32,000 bases of DNA from Candidatus Kuenenia stuttgartensis (GCF_900232105.1 NZ_LT934425.1:3960001-3992000); one strand, 5' to 3'; positions 1 through 10,878 are shown, counted from the stretch's first letter. A program made the numbers and translations. The notes: generated by a model not told the origin, from the sequence alone.

Positions 1-1
1 C

Positions 2-3000
2 GATACCTCATGCAGCCTGCTGACCATCGGCTACGACGTGAGAGAAAGACGCCGCGACCCGTCCTGCTACGACCTGCTGGCTTCGGAAGCGCGCCTAGCC
101 AGTTTTCTGCTCATCGCACAGGGACAGGTGCCGCAGAAGCACTGGTTCGCGCTCGGCCGATTGCTGACCAGTCATGGTGGCAACGTAAGTCTGATTTCTT
201 GGAGCGGATCAATGTTCGAATACCTCATGCCGCAACTAATCATGCCGAGTTACGCAAATACCCTGCTGGATCAGACCTGCAAAGCCTCTGTCTTGCGACA
301 GATTGAATATGGTCGGCAACGCGCGGTGCCCTGGGGCATTTCCGAGTCTTGCTACAATGCCACCGACCTGCACCAAGTCTACCAATATCGGGCGTTCGGC
401 GTACCAGGGCTTGGTTTCAAACGTGGGTTGGGAGAAGACCTGGTCATCGCACCCTACGCCAGTGCATTGGCGCTGACAGTGCTGCCGCGGGAAGCGTGCC
501 GCAACTTACAAGTGCTTGCTGATAGTGGATTTCTCGGCGTCTATGGATTCTACGAGGCGGTCGATTACACACTCTCACGTGTGCCGCGGGGCAAACCTCA
601 CGTTATCGTGCGGTCGTTCATGGCGCATCACCAAGGCATGAGCCTGTTGGCCTTTGCGCATGTATTGCTAAACCAGCCGATGCAGCGCAGGTTTATGTCC
701 GACCCGCTCACACGGGCAACAGAATTATTGTTGCAGGAACGTGTGCCGAAAAAAGGTGCCACCCTGCACCCTCACGCAGCCGAAGTGAGCGCCGCCTCCA
801 ACCCTTCCGGTGCAAACGTCAACTCGATCATACGTGTATTCACCGAGCCTAATATACCTATCCCCGAAGTACATCTGCTATCTAACGGCCACTACCACGT
901 TATGGCGACTCATGCCGGCGGCAGTTACAGCCGCTGGCGTGACCTCGCCATCACCCGTTGGCGCGAGGATGCCACCTCTGATGACTGGGGCACCTTCATT
1001 TACCTGCGTGACTGCGATAGTGGACGGTATTGGTCGACCGCGCATCAACCGACCCTGCGCCGTGCCGATCACTACGAGGCAATCTTCGTGCAGGCACGTG
1101 CCGAATACCGGCGGCGAGACCACGCGATCGAAGCGCACACAGAAATCATCGTTTCCCCGGAAGACGACGTCGAGATCCGTCGTGTAACACTCACTAACCA
1201 TTCGTCAAGGCTCCGTCATATCGAGGTAACGAGTTACGCGGAAGTAGTGCTGGCGCCATTGAATGCCGATCTGGCACATCGTTCATTTAGTAATTTATTC
1301 GTGCAGACTGAAATCTTGTTTGAGCGGCAGGCGATCCTCTGCACCCGACGTCCCCGCACACCTGGAGAGCATGTGCCATGGATGTTTCACCTGTTTGCCG
1401 TACATGGCGCCATTGCCGACGAGACGTCTTTCGAGACCGACCGCGCTCAATTCATTGGGCGTGGTCGCACGGTGGCCAACCCGGCGGCGCTGGATAGCAG
1501 CAACAGTCCACCTGCCCTGTCGAACACAGCGGGGTCGGTACTCGATCCCATCGTGGCAATCCGCCGTACCATTAGTCTGTTCCCCGACGAATCGGCGACC
1601 TTGCAGATTATCTCCGGAGTCGCGGACACGCGCGAGGCCGTATTGGTATTGCTGGAGAAATATTGCGACCGGTACTTTGTCGAACGTGCTTTTGAGATGG
1701 CATGGTTCCAAAGCCAGGAGGTGCTGCGCCACCTCAACGCAACCGAGGCCGATGCCCAAGACTATGGACGTCTGGCCAACTCCGTCATTTACGGCAATAC
1801 ACTGCGCCGCGCCGCACCTGGAATCATTACTCGTAACCAACTGGGACAGTCCGGGTTGTGGCGTTTTGCCATCTCGGGCGATCTGCCGATAGTTTTGCTG
1901 CACATTGGCGACCTCGACCGCATTGATCTGGTCAGGCAGGTATTGCAAGCGCATGCCTATTGGCGAATAAAGGGAATGGCCACCGACCTGGTGATAATAA
2001 ACGAGGATTTTTCTGGCTACCGGGCCGTCCTGCAAGACCAGATCATGAGATTGATCAACGCGGGGCCCGAAGCGCACATCATCGATAAACCGGGAGGAGT
2101 CTTCGTGCGACGTGTCGAAGAGATTTCGGAGGATGAGCGGGTTTTGCTGCAGACGGTCTCCCGTATTGTCTTCAACGACACCGCCACGACCTTGATTGAA
2201 CAGGTGGAACGCCGTGTGTCGTCAGGGCGTGTGCCTGACCGCATGGAGCCCTCGCGGCAAGCGGCCGCCGAACAGGTTTATCCGCTGGAGGTGCGCGATC
2301 TAATTTTCAGCAACGGTCTGGGCGGCTTCACGCATGATGGGCACGAATATGTCATCACCCTTGAACCGGGACAAAACACGCCGGCTCCATGGGTCAATGT
2401 GATTGCCAGCCCGCACATCGGTACGGTAGTTAGCGAGAGCGGCAGCGCCTATACCTGGGTGGAAAACGCGCACGAGTTCCGGTTGACCACATGGCACAAT
2501 GACCCGCTAACCGACATCAGCGGCGAGGCACTCTATATCCGCGACGAGAAAACTGGTACATTCTGGTCGCCGACGCCGTTACCCGCCCGGGGGCACTCCG
2601 GTTATGTGTGCCGGCATGGGTTCGGCTACAGCGTGTTCGAGCACCTAGAAGTAGGCATCGCCTCTGAATTATTCACCTACGTCGCCATGGACGCACCGGT
2701 GAAGTTCTTGGTGGTCAATTTGCACAATCAATCAAATCGCGTGCGCAGTCTGTCGTTGACCGGATATTGGGAACTGGTACTTGGCGAGTGGCGACATGCC
2801 AATCTGATGCATATCGTCACCCAGAAGGATCCCCAAAGCGGTGCGCTGTTTGCTAACAATGCCTACGGCCGCGAATGCGCCAATCGAGTGGTCTTTGCCC
2901 ATGTCAGCGAGCGAGATTACTCGGTAAGCGGAAGCCGTACCGAATTCATCGGCCGCAACGGCTCGCTGGTCAGCCCGGCGGCGATGCGTCAAAAACGATT

Positions 3001-4723
3001 GTCGGGCAGGACCGGGGCCGGCATGGACCCGTGCGCCTCGATACAAACCAGGATCGAACTTGCCGCAGGGCAAAAGCGCGAGATCGTGTTCATATTCGGC
3101 GCAGCCCGCAATGTCGCTGAAGCGCAGTATTTCATCCAGCAATTTGGCGGACCGGCTGGCGCCAGACAGGCGTTGGAAACAGTGTGGGAACACTGGAATC
3201 ACACCTTGGGTGCAGTACATGTGGAAACACCAGATCCCGCACTAAATATGCTGGCCAACGGCTGGCTTGTCTATCAGACACTGTCTTGCAGGTTATGGGG
3301 GCGCAGTGGTTATTATCAGTCCGGAGGCGCCTACGGGTTCCGTGATCAATTGCAGGACACCATGGCGCTGATCCATGCAACGCCATGGCTCGCCCGTGAG
3401 CACTTGCTCCGCTGCGCCGGACGCCAGTTTCTCAAAGGCGACGTGCAACACTGGTGGCACCCTCCCAACGGACAAGGCGTGCGCACCCATTTCTCCGATG
3501 ACTATCTCTGGCTGCCGTATGCAACCATTCGTTATGTGCAGGCGACCGGGGATACAGGCGTACTCGATGAGACCATCCATTTCCTGGAGGGACGCGAATT
3601 GAATTCGAAAGAGGAGGCTTACTACGACCAGCCGCAACGCTCGCCCGAAAAAGCCAGCCTCTATGAGCACTGCGTACGCGCCATTAAGCACGGTTTGCGT
3701 TTCGGCATCCATCAATTGCCACTGATGGGCTGCGGCGACTGGAACGATGGAATGAATCTTGTCGGTAGCGATGGCAAGGGTGAAAGTGTATGGCTGGCGT
3801 GGTTTCTGTACGATAACCTGCAACGATTTGCCGACATTGCGCATAGTCGCGACGACGCGGACTTTGCCGAAGTGTGCAGCGGGCAGGCCGAGCGGCTGCG
3901 CATTCACATTGAGGCAAATGCCTGGGACGGCGCCTGGTATCGGCGTGCCTGGTTCGATGATGGCACCCCCTTGGGTTCGTCTGTTAACGACGAATGCCGG
4001 ATCGATTCGATCAGCCAGAGCTGGGCGGTTATCTCAAACGGCGGCGATCAGACGCGAGCCCGCCAGGCGATGGCAGCGGTAGACCAGCACCTGGTGCAAC
4101 GCGAAGCGCAGTTGATTCAGTTGCTCGATCCACCCTTCGATAAATCAAACATGGAACCTGGCTACATCAAAGGTTACATACCAGGCGTCCGCGAAAATGG
4201 CGGACAATATACCCATGCCGCAGTTTGGGCTACAATGGCATTTGCCATGATGGGTGACATGGAACGCGCGTGGGAATTCTTCGGCATACTCAATCCCATC
4301 AATCATGGCAGCACGCCTGAGGCCATCGAACGCTACAAGGTCGAGCCTTACGTCATGTGTGCGGACATCTATGGTGCATCGCCACACATCGGTCGCGGCG
4401 GCTGGACATGGTACACCGGGGCGGCTGGCTGGATGTACCGGCTGACAGTTGAAACCTTGCTGGGCCTGCAACTTGAAGTGGACATTCTGCGTATCGTACC
4501 ATGTATTCCAGCCCATTGGGCATCGTACAAAATTCACTACCGCTATCGCGACACCGTCTACCATATCATCGTCAACCGTGTAGTTGAAAATTCACAGCAG
4601 GTGGTCCGCGTATCCTTGGACGGCACTGAGGTAAATGGTGCCGGCGAGGCGGGAGCCGGTCGAGGCTGTATCCCACTCGTGAACGACTGCCAGGCGCACC
4701 AAGTTGTTGTAGAGCTGGGATGA
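2..4723 (+). CDS. Cyclic beta-1,2-glucan synthase-like / glycosyltransferase 36-GH94 protein (NdvB-like C-terminal region), 5' end outside the window
   Basis: The frame stays open upstream of the listed ORF start at 38 (DTSCSLLTIGYDVRERRRDPSCYDLLASEARLASFLLIAQGQVPQKHWFALGRLLT). Typical motifs include FMAHHQGMSLLA, GYWELVLGEWR, WGRSGYYQSGGAYGFRDQLQD, GDVQHWWHPPNGQGVRTHFSDDYLWLPY, GCGDWNDGMNLVG and GPASPHIGRGGWTWYTGAAGWMYR-like GH94 sequence. Confidence 0.9.
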   Translation, partial: DTSCSLLTIGYDVRERRRDPSCYDLLASEARLASFLLIAQGQVPQKHWFALGRLLTSHGGNVSLISWSGSMFEYLMPQLIMPSYANTLLDQTCKASVLRQIEYGRQRAVPWGISESCYNATDLHQVYQYRAFGVPGLGFKRGLGEDLVIAPYASALALTVLPREACRNLQVLADSGFLGVYGFYEAVDYTLSRVPRGKPHVIVRSFMAHHQGMSLLAFAHVLLNQPMQRRFMSDPLTRATELLLQERVPKKGATLHPHAAEVSAASNPSGANVNSIIRVFTEPNIPIPEVHLLSNGHYHVMATHAGGSYSRWRDLAITRWREDATSDDWGTFIYLRDCDSGRYWSTAHQPTLRRADHYEAIFVQARAEYRRRDHAIEAHTEIIVSPEDDVEIRRVTLTNHSSRLRHIEVTSYAEVVLAPLNADLAHRSFSNLFVQTEILFERQAILCTRRPRTPGEHVPWMFHLFAVHGAIADETSFETDRAQFIGRGRTVANPAALDSSNSPPALSNTAGSVLDPIVAIRRTISLFPDESATLQIISGVADTREAVLVLLEKYCDRYFVERAFEMAWFQSQEVLRHLNATEADAQDYGRLANSVIYGNTLRRAAPGIITRNQLGQSGLWRFAISGDLPIVLLHIGDLDRIDLVRQVLQAHAYWRIKGMATDLVIINEDFSGYRAVLQDQIMRLINAGPEAHIIDKPGGVFVRRVEEISEDERVLLQTVSRIVFNDTATTLIEQVERRVSSGRVPDRMEPSRQAAAEQVYPLEVRDLIFSNGLGGFTHDGHEYVITLEPGQNTPAPWVNVIASPHIGTVVSESGSAYTWVENAHEFRLTTWHNDPLTDISGEALYIRDEKTGTFWSPTPLPARGHSGYVCRHGFGYSVFEHLEVGIASELFTYVAMDAPVKFLVVNLHNQSNRVRSLSLTGYWELVLGEWRHANLMHIVTQKDPQSGALFANNAYGRECANRVVFAHVSERDYSVSGSRTEFIGRNGSLVSPAAMRQKRLSGRTGAGMDPCASIQTRIELAAGQKREIVFIFGAARNVAEAQYFIQQFGGPAGARQALETVWEHWNHTLGAVHVETPDPALNMLANGWLVYQTLSCRLWGRSGYYQSGGAYGFRDQLQDTMALIHATPWLAREHLLRCAGRQFLKGDVQHWWHPPNGQGVRTHFSDDYLWLPYATIRYVQATGDTGVLDETIHFLEGRELNSKEEAYYDQPQRSPEKASLYEHCVRAIKHGLRFGIHQLPLMGCGDWNDGMNLVGSDGKGESVWLAWFLYDNLQRFADIAHSRDDADFAEVCSGQAERLRIHIEANAWDGAWYRRAWFDDGTPLGSSVNDECRIDSISQSWAVISNGGDQTRARQAMAAVDQHLVQREAQLIQLLDPPFDKSNMEPGYIKGYIPGVRENGGQYTHAAVWATMAFAMMGDMERAWEFFGILNPINHGSTPEAIERYKVEPYVMCADIYGASPHIGRGGWTWYTGAAGWMYRLTVETLLGLQLEVDILRIVPCIPAHWASYKIHYRYRDTVYHIIVNRVVENSQQVVRVSLDGTEVNGAGEAGAGRGCIPLVNDCQAHQVVVELG

Positions 4724-5281
4724 TGGTAGATTGAAGGGTTGGGAAGCGTGTGCTTTCCTGGTATTTTTGTAAATGGCGTGGCTGACCACGAACAGGCGAC
4801 CAATTTTAATATTTAGATTCAAGCTTGAATCGGTGCATTCCTTTGTGCTCGTTGTGTAATTTTTATTATTTGTAATCTCTTATGGAGTATGATATTTTCT
4901 TGAAAAATATTTTGCTATAAGCTTTACTTAAAACAAAAAAACATATTACCATTGCTTTGATGACCTCAATGGAGGCTATCTATTTTACGGGGAAACGGAA
5001 TTTCTCAATCATCGGAGGCTTGGTACCTTATCAGTAATTTCTTTGCATTTTTTTAACAAAATATCTAATCGTCCAATATACAGTTGGCAATCCGCGGTTG
5101 ACCAATGACAAATGACTGGCAACTGTAGGCCGTTTTCCTGCTTGTTTGGTTCTGGCTTTGGCAGGTTAGGGGTGCGCAGTTAAAAGATAACGTTAAATAA
5201 TTAATCGAATTAAGAAGTAGGTAAGAGGTCTCCGTGTTTTTAAATGAATAATTTAAACAAATTTATCATCAGATTGTAATT

Positions 5282-6373
5282 ATGCCAGAAAAAAAAGACT
5301 ATTATGATTTATTAGGTATTGCGAAAAATGCTTCTAAGGAAGATGTAAAATCTGCATACCGAAGATTGGCTAAAAAATTTCACCCGGATCTTAATAAAGA
5401 TAATCCAAAATCATCAGAAGAAAAATTTAAAGAAATATCTGAAGCGTATGAGGTGCTGATTGACGATAACAAACGTGCAAAGTATGATAGTTATGGTTAT
5501 GCCGGAGTCGAATCTGATTTTGGGAAAGAGGGTTTTTCTTGGCAGAATTTTACCCATATAAATGATTTGGAAGATATATTTGGTCACGATATATTTTCTG
5601 ATTTTTTTGGCGCCAGGACCAGTGGATATGGAAAGCCGGAAAGAAAGATACGACGCGTACAAGTAGAAATCAGCTTAGAGCAGGCATATAGAGGGGTTAG
5701 TACTGAAGTGGCTATTCCACATATGGAAAAATGCGGTGACTGTAATGGGTCTGGAGCGGAAAAGGGCACAAGCTTAAAAATTTGTAATAGATGTGATGGA
5801 CGCGGAGAAGTGAAACAGGAACAATTGCAAGAATTTGGCAGAATAATTAAGATTGGTGTGTGTCCTGTATGTAATGGGCGTGGGAAAATTATAGAGAAAT
5901 TCTGCCAGAGTTGTCATGGCACTGGTGAAATTCAAAGACTGGACAAAATAAAAATAAAAATACCTCCTGGTGTAGATAATGGCACGACATTAAGAATAGC
6001 ACCGGACAAAAGCGGTGGACGTTTGAAAGAAAATATATATGTTTATATTTCAATACAACCGCACCCTTTTTTTCGCAGACAGGCGAATGATGTGTATATT
6101 AAAAAAGAAATTTCGTTAATTGATGCAACATTAGGTTCTAAAGTAGAAGTGCCTACTTTGGATGGAAATGCTATAATGAAGATACCGCAGGGTACTCAGA
6201 CCAACACATTATTTCGGTTGCGTAACAGTGGCATGCCATATTTAAGGGGGCACGGACACGGCGATCAGTATGTTAGAGTGATAGTTAAAACACCTAAAAA
6301 TATAACAAAAAGACAAAGGGAACTTCTTGAAGAGTTTGAGAAGCACGAGAAAGAGAAAAGTACTAAAACGTAG
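5282..6373 (+). CDS. dnaJ: Chaperone protein DnaJ
   Basis: N-terminal J domain with the HPD motif (YDLLGIAKNASKEDVKSAYRRLAKKFHPDLNK), a G/F-rich segment, four CxxCxGxG zinc motifs (CGDCNGSG, CNRCDGRG, CPVCNGRG, CQSCHGTG) and a C-terminal substrate-binding region. Confidence 0.96.
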   Translation: MPEKKDYYDLLGIAKNASKEDVKSAYRRLAKKFHPDLNKDNPKSSEEKFKEISEAYEVLIDDNKRAKYDSYGYAGVESDFGKEGFSWQNFTHINDLEDIFGHDIFSDFFGARTSGYGKPERKIRRVQVEISLEQAYRGVSTEVAIPHMEKCGDCNGSGAEKGTSLKICNRCDGRGEVKQEQLQEFGRIIKIGVCPVCNGRGKIIEKFCQSCHGTGEIQRLDKIKIKIPPGVDNGTTLRIAPDKSGGRLKENIYVYISIQPHPFFRRQANDVYIKKEISLIDATLGSKVEVPTLDGNAIMKIPQGTQTNTLFRLRNSGMPYLRGHGHGDQYVRVIVKTPKNITKRQRELLEEFEKHEKEKSTKT

Positions 6374-6379
6374 TTACAA

Positions 6380-6516
6380 TTTAGTTTTTTGAAAAACTCA
6401 AATAATAGCGATGTTTGCCACACGGCGTAGGGGCGAAGCATTTGTCAGTTTGGGCATAAATGTATTTATAACAATTTAAGGCAAATGCTTCGCCCCTACT
6501 TTTTCAAAAAACTAAA
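6380..6516. repeat. MITE-like/palindromic element with 17-bp perfect terminal inverted repeats and an 18-bp internal perfect inverted repeat
   Basis: tttagttttttgaaaaa (6380-6396) pairs with tttttcaaaaaactaaa (6500-6516). gtaggggcgaagcatttg (6427-6444) pairs with caaatgcttcgcccctac (6482-6499). Confidence 0.85.
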
Positions 6517-6557
6517 GTGTTACATTATAGCAGAATTTATTATGAGCTAAGGGTTTC

Positions 6558-7367
6558 TTGAATATTGCGATTATAACAATAACTGAAAAAGGGGTTGAGA
6601 CGTCGAAAAGGATTGTTTCGTATATAGATACCACCCCTTCAGTGTATATCTTTAACTCCGACGATAAAAATGAGATAGTTAATGCCGGAGATAATTTGAA
6701 TAATGCTGTGTACTTTAATGAACCGCTTCACCAATTAGTCGGGAAATTATTCAATGATTATGACGGGATAATATTTGTAATGGCTACGGGGATAGTGGTT
6801 CGGGTGATTGCTCCCTGTATTAAAAACAAATATATAGATCCTGCGATAGTGGTAGTGGATGATGTGGGGCGTTATATAATCAGTTTGCTTTCAGGGCATG
6901 AAGGTGGCGCAAATATGCTGGCGTATAAAGTTGCCTGTATATTACATTCGAGTGCTGTTATTACTACCGGGACTGAAGCGCACAAAGATATTATTGTTGG
7001 AATTGGATGTAAAAAAGGGATTACTTCGCATGAAGTAAAAAAGGCAATTGAAGACGCTCTTAATAAGATTTCCCTGAGAATAGAAAACGTTAGGTTAATT
7101 TCTACGGTTGAAATTAAAGCAAAAGAACCGGGATTATTGCAAGCTTCTGATGAACTTAGGATACCGCTGAACGTTGTGTCTTTACCTGAAATTGGCACTT
7201 GTATAAAGGAATACAGTAAGTCAGCTTTTGTAAAAGAAAAGATAGGCGTCTGGGGTGTCTGTGAACCATCTGCACTTTTAGCAGGGAGGAAAACACAATT
7301 AATTTTAAAGAAACAGAAATATCCGGGAATAACAATAGCCATTGCCAGGGAAAACTTTATGTGGTAG
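6558..7367 (+). CDS. cbiG: Cobalamin biosynthesis protein CbiG (cobalt-precorrin-5A hydrolase family), TTG start
   Basis: Motifs DGIIFVMATGIVVRVIAPCIKNKYIDPAIVVVDDVGRYIISLLSGHEGGANMLA and VGIGCKKGITSHEV are characteristic of CbiG. It overlaps cobJ/cbiH. Confidence 0.9.
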   Translation: MNIAIITITEKGVETSKRIVSYIDTTPSVYIFNSDDKNEIVNAGDNLNNAVYFNEPLHQLVGKLFNDYDGIIFVMATGIVVRVIAPCIKNKYIDPAIVVVDDVGRYIISLLSGHEGGANMLAYKVACILHSSAVITTGTEAHKDIIVGIGCKKGITSHEVKKAIEDALNKISLRIENVRLISTVEIKAKEPGLLQASDELRIPLNVVSLPEIGTCIKEYSKSAFVKEKIGVWGVCEPSALLAGRKTQLILKKQKYPGITIAIARENFMW

Positions 7368-8119
7368 GTATAGGCCCAGGCTCTAAAGAAGACATGAGTG
7401 TGAGGGCATTGGAGGCGGTAAAAAAATCTGATACTATTATAGGTTACCGCCTTTATGTTGATTTGTTACGTGATATTACCAGCGGGAAAGAAATTATCTC
7501 CTCGGCGATGCGCAAGGAAGTTGAACGTGTAGAATTGGCTATTCGGGAAGCGCTGAAAGGGAAAATAGTATCGCTCATTAGTAGCGGAGATTCTGGTGTT
7601 TATGGTATGGCTGGCCTTGTTATGGAAATGTTGCACAAAGAAAATATTTGCTTGCCGCTGGAAATTATTCCTGGCATTCCCGCTGCCAATGCTGCCGCGG
7701 CCCTTCTTGGCGCACCACTGATGCATGATTATGCTGTAATAAGTCTCAGTGATTTATTAACTCCATGGGAAACAATTGAAAAACGTGTGAAAAACGCTGC
7801 AGAGGCTGATTTTGTAATGGTTATTTATAATCCTAAAAGTTCTCAAAGGAATTGGCAGCTTAAAAAGACGGTCGAAATTATTTTGAAATACAAAAACGCT
7901 GCGACACCGGTAGGAGTAGTGAAAAATGCGAAAAGAGAAGGGGAGTCTATAGCCATTACTACTTTAGGCAAAATGGACCAAAATTCAATTGATATGATGA
8001 CAATCGTGATCATTGGAAATGCCTCTTCGTTCACATTTCAGAATTACATGGTTACTAAAAGAGGGTATAATTTATACTCAAGCACGAATAAATCTGAAAA
8101 GCCAAAATCCGAAGCGTGA
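7361..8119 (+). CDS. cobJ: Precorrin-3B C17-methyltransferase (CobJ/CbiH)
   Basis: MVGIGPGSKEDMSVRALEAVKKSDTIIGYRLYVDLL, ISSGDSGVYGMAG, EIIPGIPAANAAAALLGAPLMHDYAVISLSDLLTPWE: canonical tetrapyrrole methylase and CobJ motifs. Confidence 0.93.
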   Translation: MVGIGPGSKEDMSVRALEAVKKSDTIIGYRLYVDLLRDITSGKEIISSAMRKEVERVELAIREALKGKIVSLISSGDSGVYGMAGLVMEMLHKENICLPLEIIPGIPAANAAAALLGAPLMHDYAVISLSDLLTPWETIEKRVKNAAEADFVMVIYNPKSSQRNWQLKKTVEIILKYKNAATPVGVVKNAKREGESIAITTLGKMDQNSIDMMTIVIIGNASSFTFQNYMVTKRGYNLYSSTNKSEKPKSEA

Positions 8120-8260
8120 AATCCGAATCAAATTTAAATGAACAAAATTCAAAATGTTTTGGGCATTCAAATATTTGAATTTAGGATTTGTTTCGAGTTT
8201 TGATATTAGATATTCGAATTCGATTGCGGCTACTCCGCACCAGGAATACTTTGGATAAAT

Positions 8261-9298
8261 ATGCCTATATTGATTAAAAAAGAAGACATAGATATTTTTT
8301 TAAAGAAACTAAAAGAAGAATATACGGTTTACGGTGTTAAGCAAAAAGAAACAGGGTTTTATATTTTTGATGAAATAGAGACATTTTCCGACCCACTTGA
8401 TAATTATATACCTACATTGCTTCCTCCCAAAAAATACCTTTTTCCCCAACGAGAAACGCTCTTAAGCTTTTCTACCGCCCCTTATCCTGATGTAAAATCC
8501 GTGATTGAATCAAAAAAACAGGTAATCTTTGGCGTCCGTCCCTGTGATATCCATGGGATTAAATTGCTCGATAAGGTGTTTACTGCCGATCGTGAAGACA
8601 AAAATTATACTCAAAAACGTGCAAATACCATCATCATTGGAATTGATTGCATGAAGCCCTGCTATAAGTATGCTTATTGTGAAAGTGTCGGATGTTTGGA
8701 CGTAGAAGAAGGATTTGATATTTTATTAACCGACATAGGTGATTGTTTTTATGCCTCCATTGGAACTGCACGCGGGGAAGTTATTATCAAAGAAAATGCT
8801 TGTTTTATACATGCGGGAAAACATGAAGATGAAAAGATTTGCCGTATGAAAGAAGAACGCAAGGGACGATTTGAGAAAAAATTTTTGACAGAGGTATCAA
8901 ATCTTCCTTCATTATTTAAAAATGCAGATAACGATCCTGTCTGGGATGAACTAAATGACAGGTGTTTAGGATGCGGAAGATGTAATATTGTTTGCCCAAC
9001 CTGTTATTGTTTTGATGTTTTTGATTGTGTGGATTTAACTATGACATCAGGAGAGAGACGCCGCCAGTGGGATGCTTGTACATTAAAAGATTTTTCTGTA
9101 GTTGCAACAGGCGAAAATTTCAGACCAACGAGAGGTCAGAGATTACGGCACAGGTTTAACCGAAAGTTTAATTACTTAATGACAAAACACAGCACATCAT
9201 TTTGCGTTGGTTGTGGAAGATGTTCCAGGTCATGTCCCGTACATATAGATGTTGCAGAAACCGTAAATGCAGTTATAAACAATAATAAGCAAAAATGA
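8261..9298 (+). CDS. hydB: Group 3b-type [NiFe] hydrogenase/sulfhydrogenase beta subunit (4Fe-4S dicluster protein)
   Basis: Ferredoxin-type clusters CLGCGRCNIVCPTCYCFDVFDC and CVGCGRCSRSCPVHID, plus FGVRPCDIHGIKLLDKVF. First gene of the hydBGDA-like operon and overlaps the next gene by 4 nt. Confidence 0.88.
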   Translation: MPILIKKEDIDIFLKKLKEEYTVYGVKQKETGFYIFDEIETFSDPLDNYIPTLLPPKKYLFPQRETLLSFSTAPYPDVKSVIESKKQVIFGVRPCDIHGIKLLDKVFTADREDKNYTQKRANTIIIGIDCMKPCYKYAYCESVGCLDVEEGFDILLTDIGDCFYASIGTARGEVIIKENACFIHAGKHEDEKICRMKEERKGRFEKKFLTEVSNLPSLFKNADNDPVWDELNDRCLGCGRCNIVCPTCYCFDVFDCVDLTMTSGERRRQWDACTLKDFSVVATGENFRPTRGQRLRHRFNRKFNYLMTKHSTSFCVGCGRCSRSCPVHIDVAETVNAVINNNKQK

Positions 9299-10122
9299 TA
9301 AGCAATAATTCAATCTATCTCCCGGAAATAGCAAAGATTGTGAGTATTAGACGTCTCACAGAGCTGGAAAAATATTTTGAAATACGTTTGGAAAATCAAA
9401 GAGAATTTTCTTTTATCCCGGGGCAATTTGTTCAACTGTCGGTTTTTGGAGTGGGCGAGGCGCCTATTTCAATATCGTCATCTCCATTTGACAAAGACAG
9501 TATTGGCGTATGCATCAGAAGAGTGGGGGACGTTACCTCAGCAATTCACAGGCTTGAAATTGGTTCATACCTGGGGATACGTGGTCCGTTAGGCAATGGT
9601 TTTCCAATAGAAGAATTAAAGAGGAAAGACATTTTATTTATTGCGGGAGGGCTCGGGTTAGCACCCTTGCGGTCGATGATTTATTATGTGCTTGAAAAAA
9701 GGCATGATTTCGGGAGAGTAATTATTCTCTATGGAACAAAAACCCCTGAAGAAATACTGTTCAGGGACGAGATGGAAACATGGAATAAAAGAGAAGATAT
9801 AGAATTGACCGTTACGATAAATCGGCCTGATAAAAACTGGTTAGGAAAAACGGGCGTCGTTACCAGACTTATTCCGTTTCTCAAACTGGATCCTCAGGAT
9901 ACATATGCATTAGTGGTGGGGCCACCCGTAATGTACAAATATGCTTTACTCGAACTTCAGGAAAAACGGATTCCGGCAACAAATATAATACTGTCACTGG
10001 AGAGGCGTATGAAATGCGGCGTTGGAAAGTGTGGCCATTGTCAGGTCAACGGTGTATATGTATGTCTCGATGGTCCTAAATTTAGCTATCAGATGTTAAA
10101 ATTTCTTCCGGAAGCGCTATGA
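9295..10122 (+). CDS. hydG: Group 3b-type hydrogenase gamma subunit (FAD/NAD(P)-binding reductase)
   Basis: FSFIPGQFVQLSVFGVGEAPISISSSP (FAD site), FIAGGLGLAPLRSMI (NAD site) and C-terminal CGVGKCGHCQVNGVYVCLDGPKF [2Fe-2S] motif. Confidence 0.9.
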   Translation: MISNNSIYLPEIAKIVSIRRLTELEKYFEIRLENQREFSFIPGQFVQLSVFGVGEAPISISSSPFDKDSIGVCIRRVGDVTSAIHRLEIGSYLGIRGPLGNGFPIEELKRKDILFIAGGLGLAPLRSMIYYVLEKRHDFGRVIILYGTKTPEEILFRDEMETWNKREDIELTVTINRPDKNWLGKTGVVTRLIPFLKLDPQDTYALVVGPPVMYKYALLELQEKRIPATNIILSLERRMKCGVGKCGHCQVNGVYVCLDGPKFSYQMLKFLPEAL

Positions 10123-10859
10123 ACAAAACAAGAGTTGCCTTTTTTTCATTTACCTGTTGTGAGGGGTGTCAGTTAACTGTTTTGGCATTAGAAGAACAGC
10201 TCTTCGATCTTGTTAAGTTGGTCGATATTGTAACGTTCAGAGAGGCCATGAGTGAAAAATCTGATGAATATGATTTAGCATTTGTTGAAGGCAGTATAAC
10301 CAGAAATTCAGAGATTGAGCAGGTTAAAAAGATACGTGATACGGCGAAGATTGTTGTTGCTTTAGGGGCTTGTGCAACGATCGGCGGCATTAATTGTCTA
10401 AAAAACCATTATGAAATGGATGACGTGAAAAAAATCGTTTACGGGAATATGGCAAATAATTTCGATACCATACCGGCACGCCCAATTGCAGCAGTCATAA
10501 AAATTGATTATACCATACATGGATGTCCCATAGATAAAGATGAATTTGTTGAAGTGGTAAAGGCGATTCTTCAGAAAAGAAAACCCCGTATACCAGGCTA
10601 TCCGGTATGTGTGGAATGCCAGATGAAGGAAAACGTGTGTCTCTTTGAAAAAGGTATGATTTGTTTGGGCCCTGTAACAAGAGCCGGTTGCAAGGCAATA
10701 TGTCCTACATACAATGATGGATGTGTGGGATGCCGTGGGCTGATAGATGATCCCAATATGTCTTCACATAAGAATTTATTAACGGAACATGGATTAACCA
10801 TCGATGAGGCTGTTGCAGAATATCGATTATTTGGTAGTTACAATCAGGATAAGCAATAA
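10119..10859 (+). CDS. hydD: Group 3b-type [NiFe] hydrogenase small (delta) subunit
   Basis: CCEGCQLTVLALEE, EGSITRNSE, ALGACATIGGINCLKN and HGCPIDKDEF motifs. Overlaps hydG by 4 nt. Confidence 0.92.
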   Translation: MNKTRVAFFSFTCCEGCQLTVLALEEQLFDLVKLVDIVTFREAMSEKSDEYDLAFVEGSITRNSEIEQVKKIRDTAKIVVALGACATIGGINCLKNHYEMDDVKKIVYGNMANNFDTIPARPIAAVIKIDYTIHGCPIDKDEFVEVVKAILQKRKPRIPGYPVCVECQMKENVCLFEKGMICLGPVTRAGCKAICPTYNDGCVGCRGLIDDPNMSSHKNLLTEHGLTIDEAVAEYRLFGSYNQDKQ

Positions 10860-10878
10860 TATTCAAAGGGAACGTTGA

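Noticed and set aside
1295-4564. Several long minus-strand ORFs (260, 162, 204, 139 aa) inside the glucan-synthase gene
   Set aside because: They lie antisense to a strongly supported coding frame and are expected by chance in GC-rich coding DNA. No recognisable domains.
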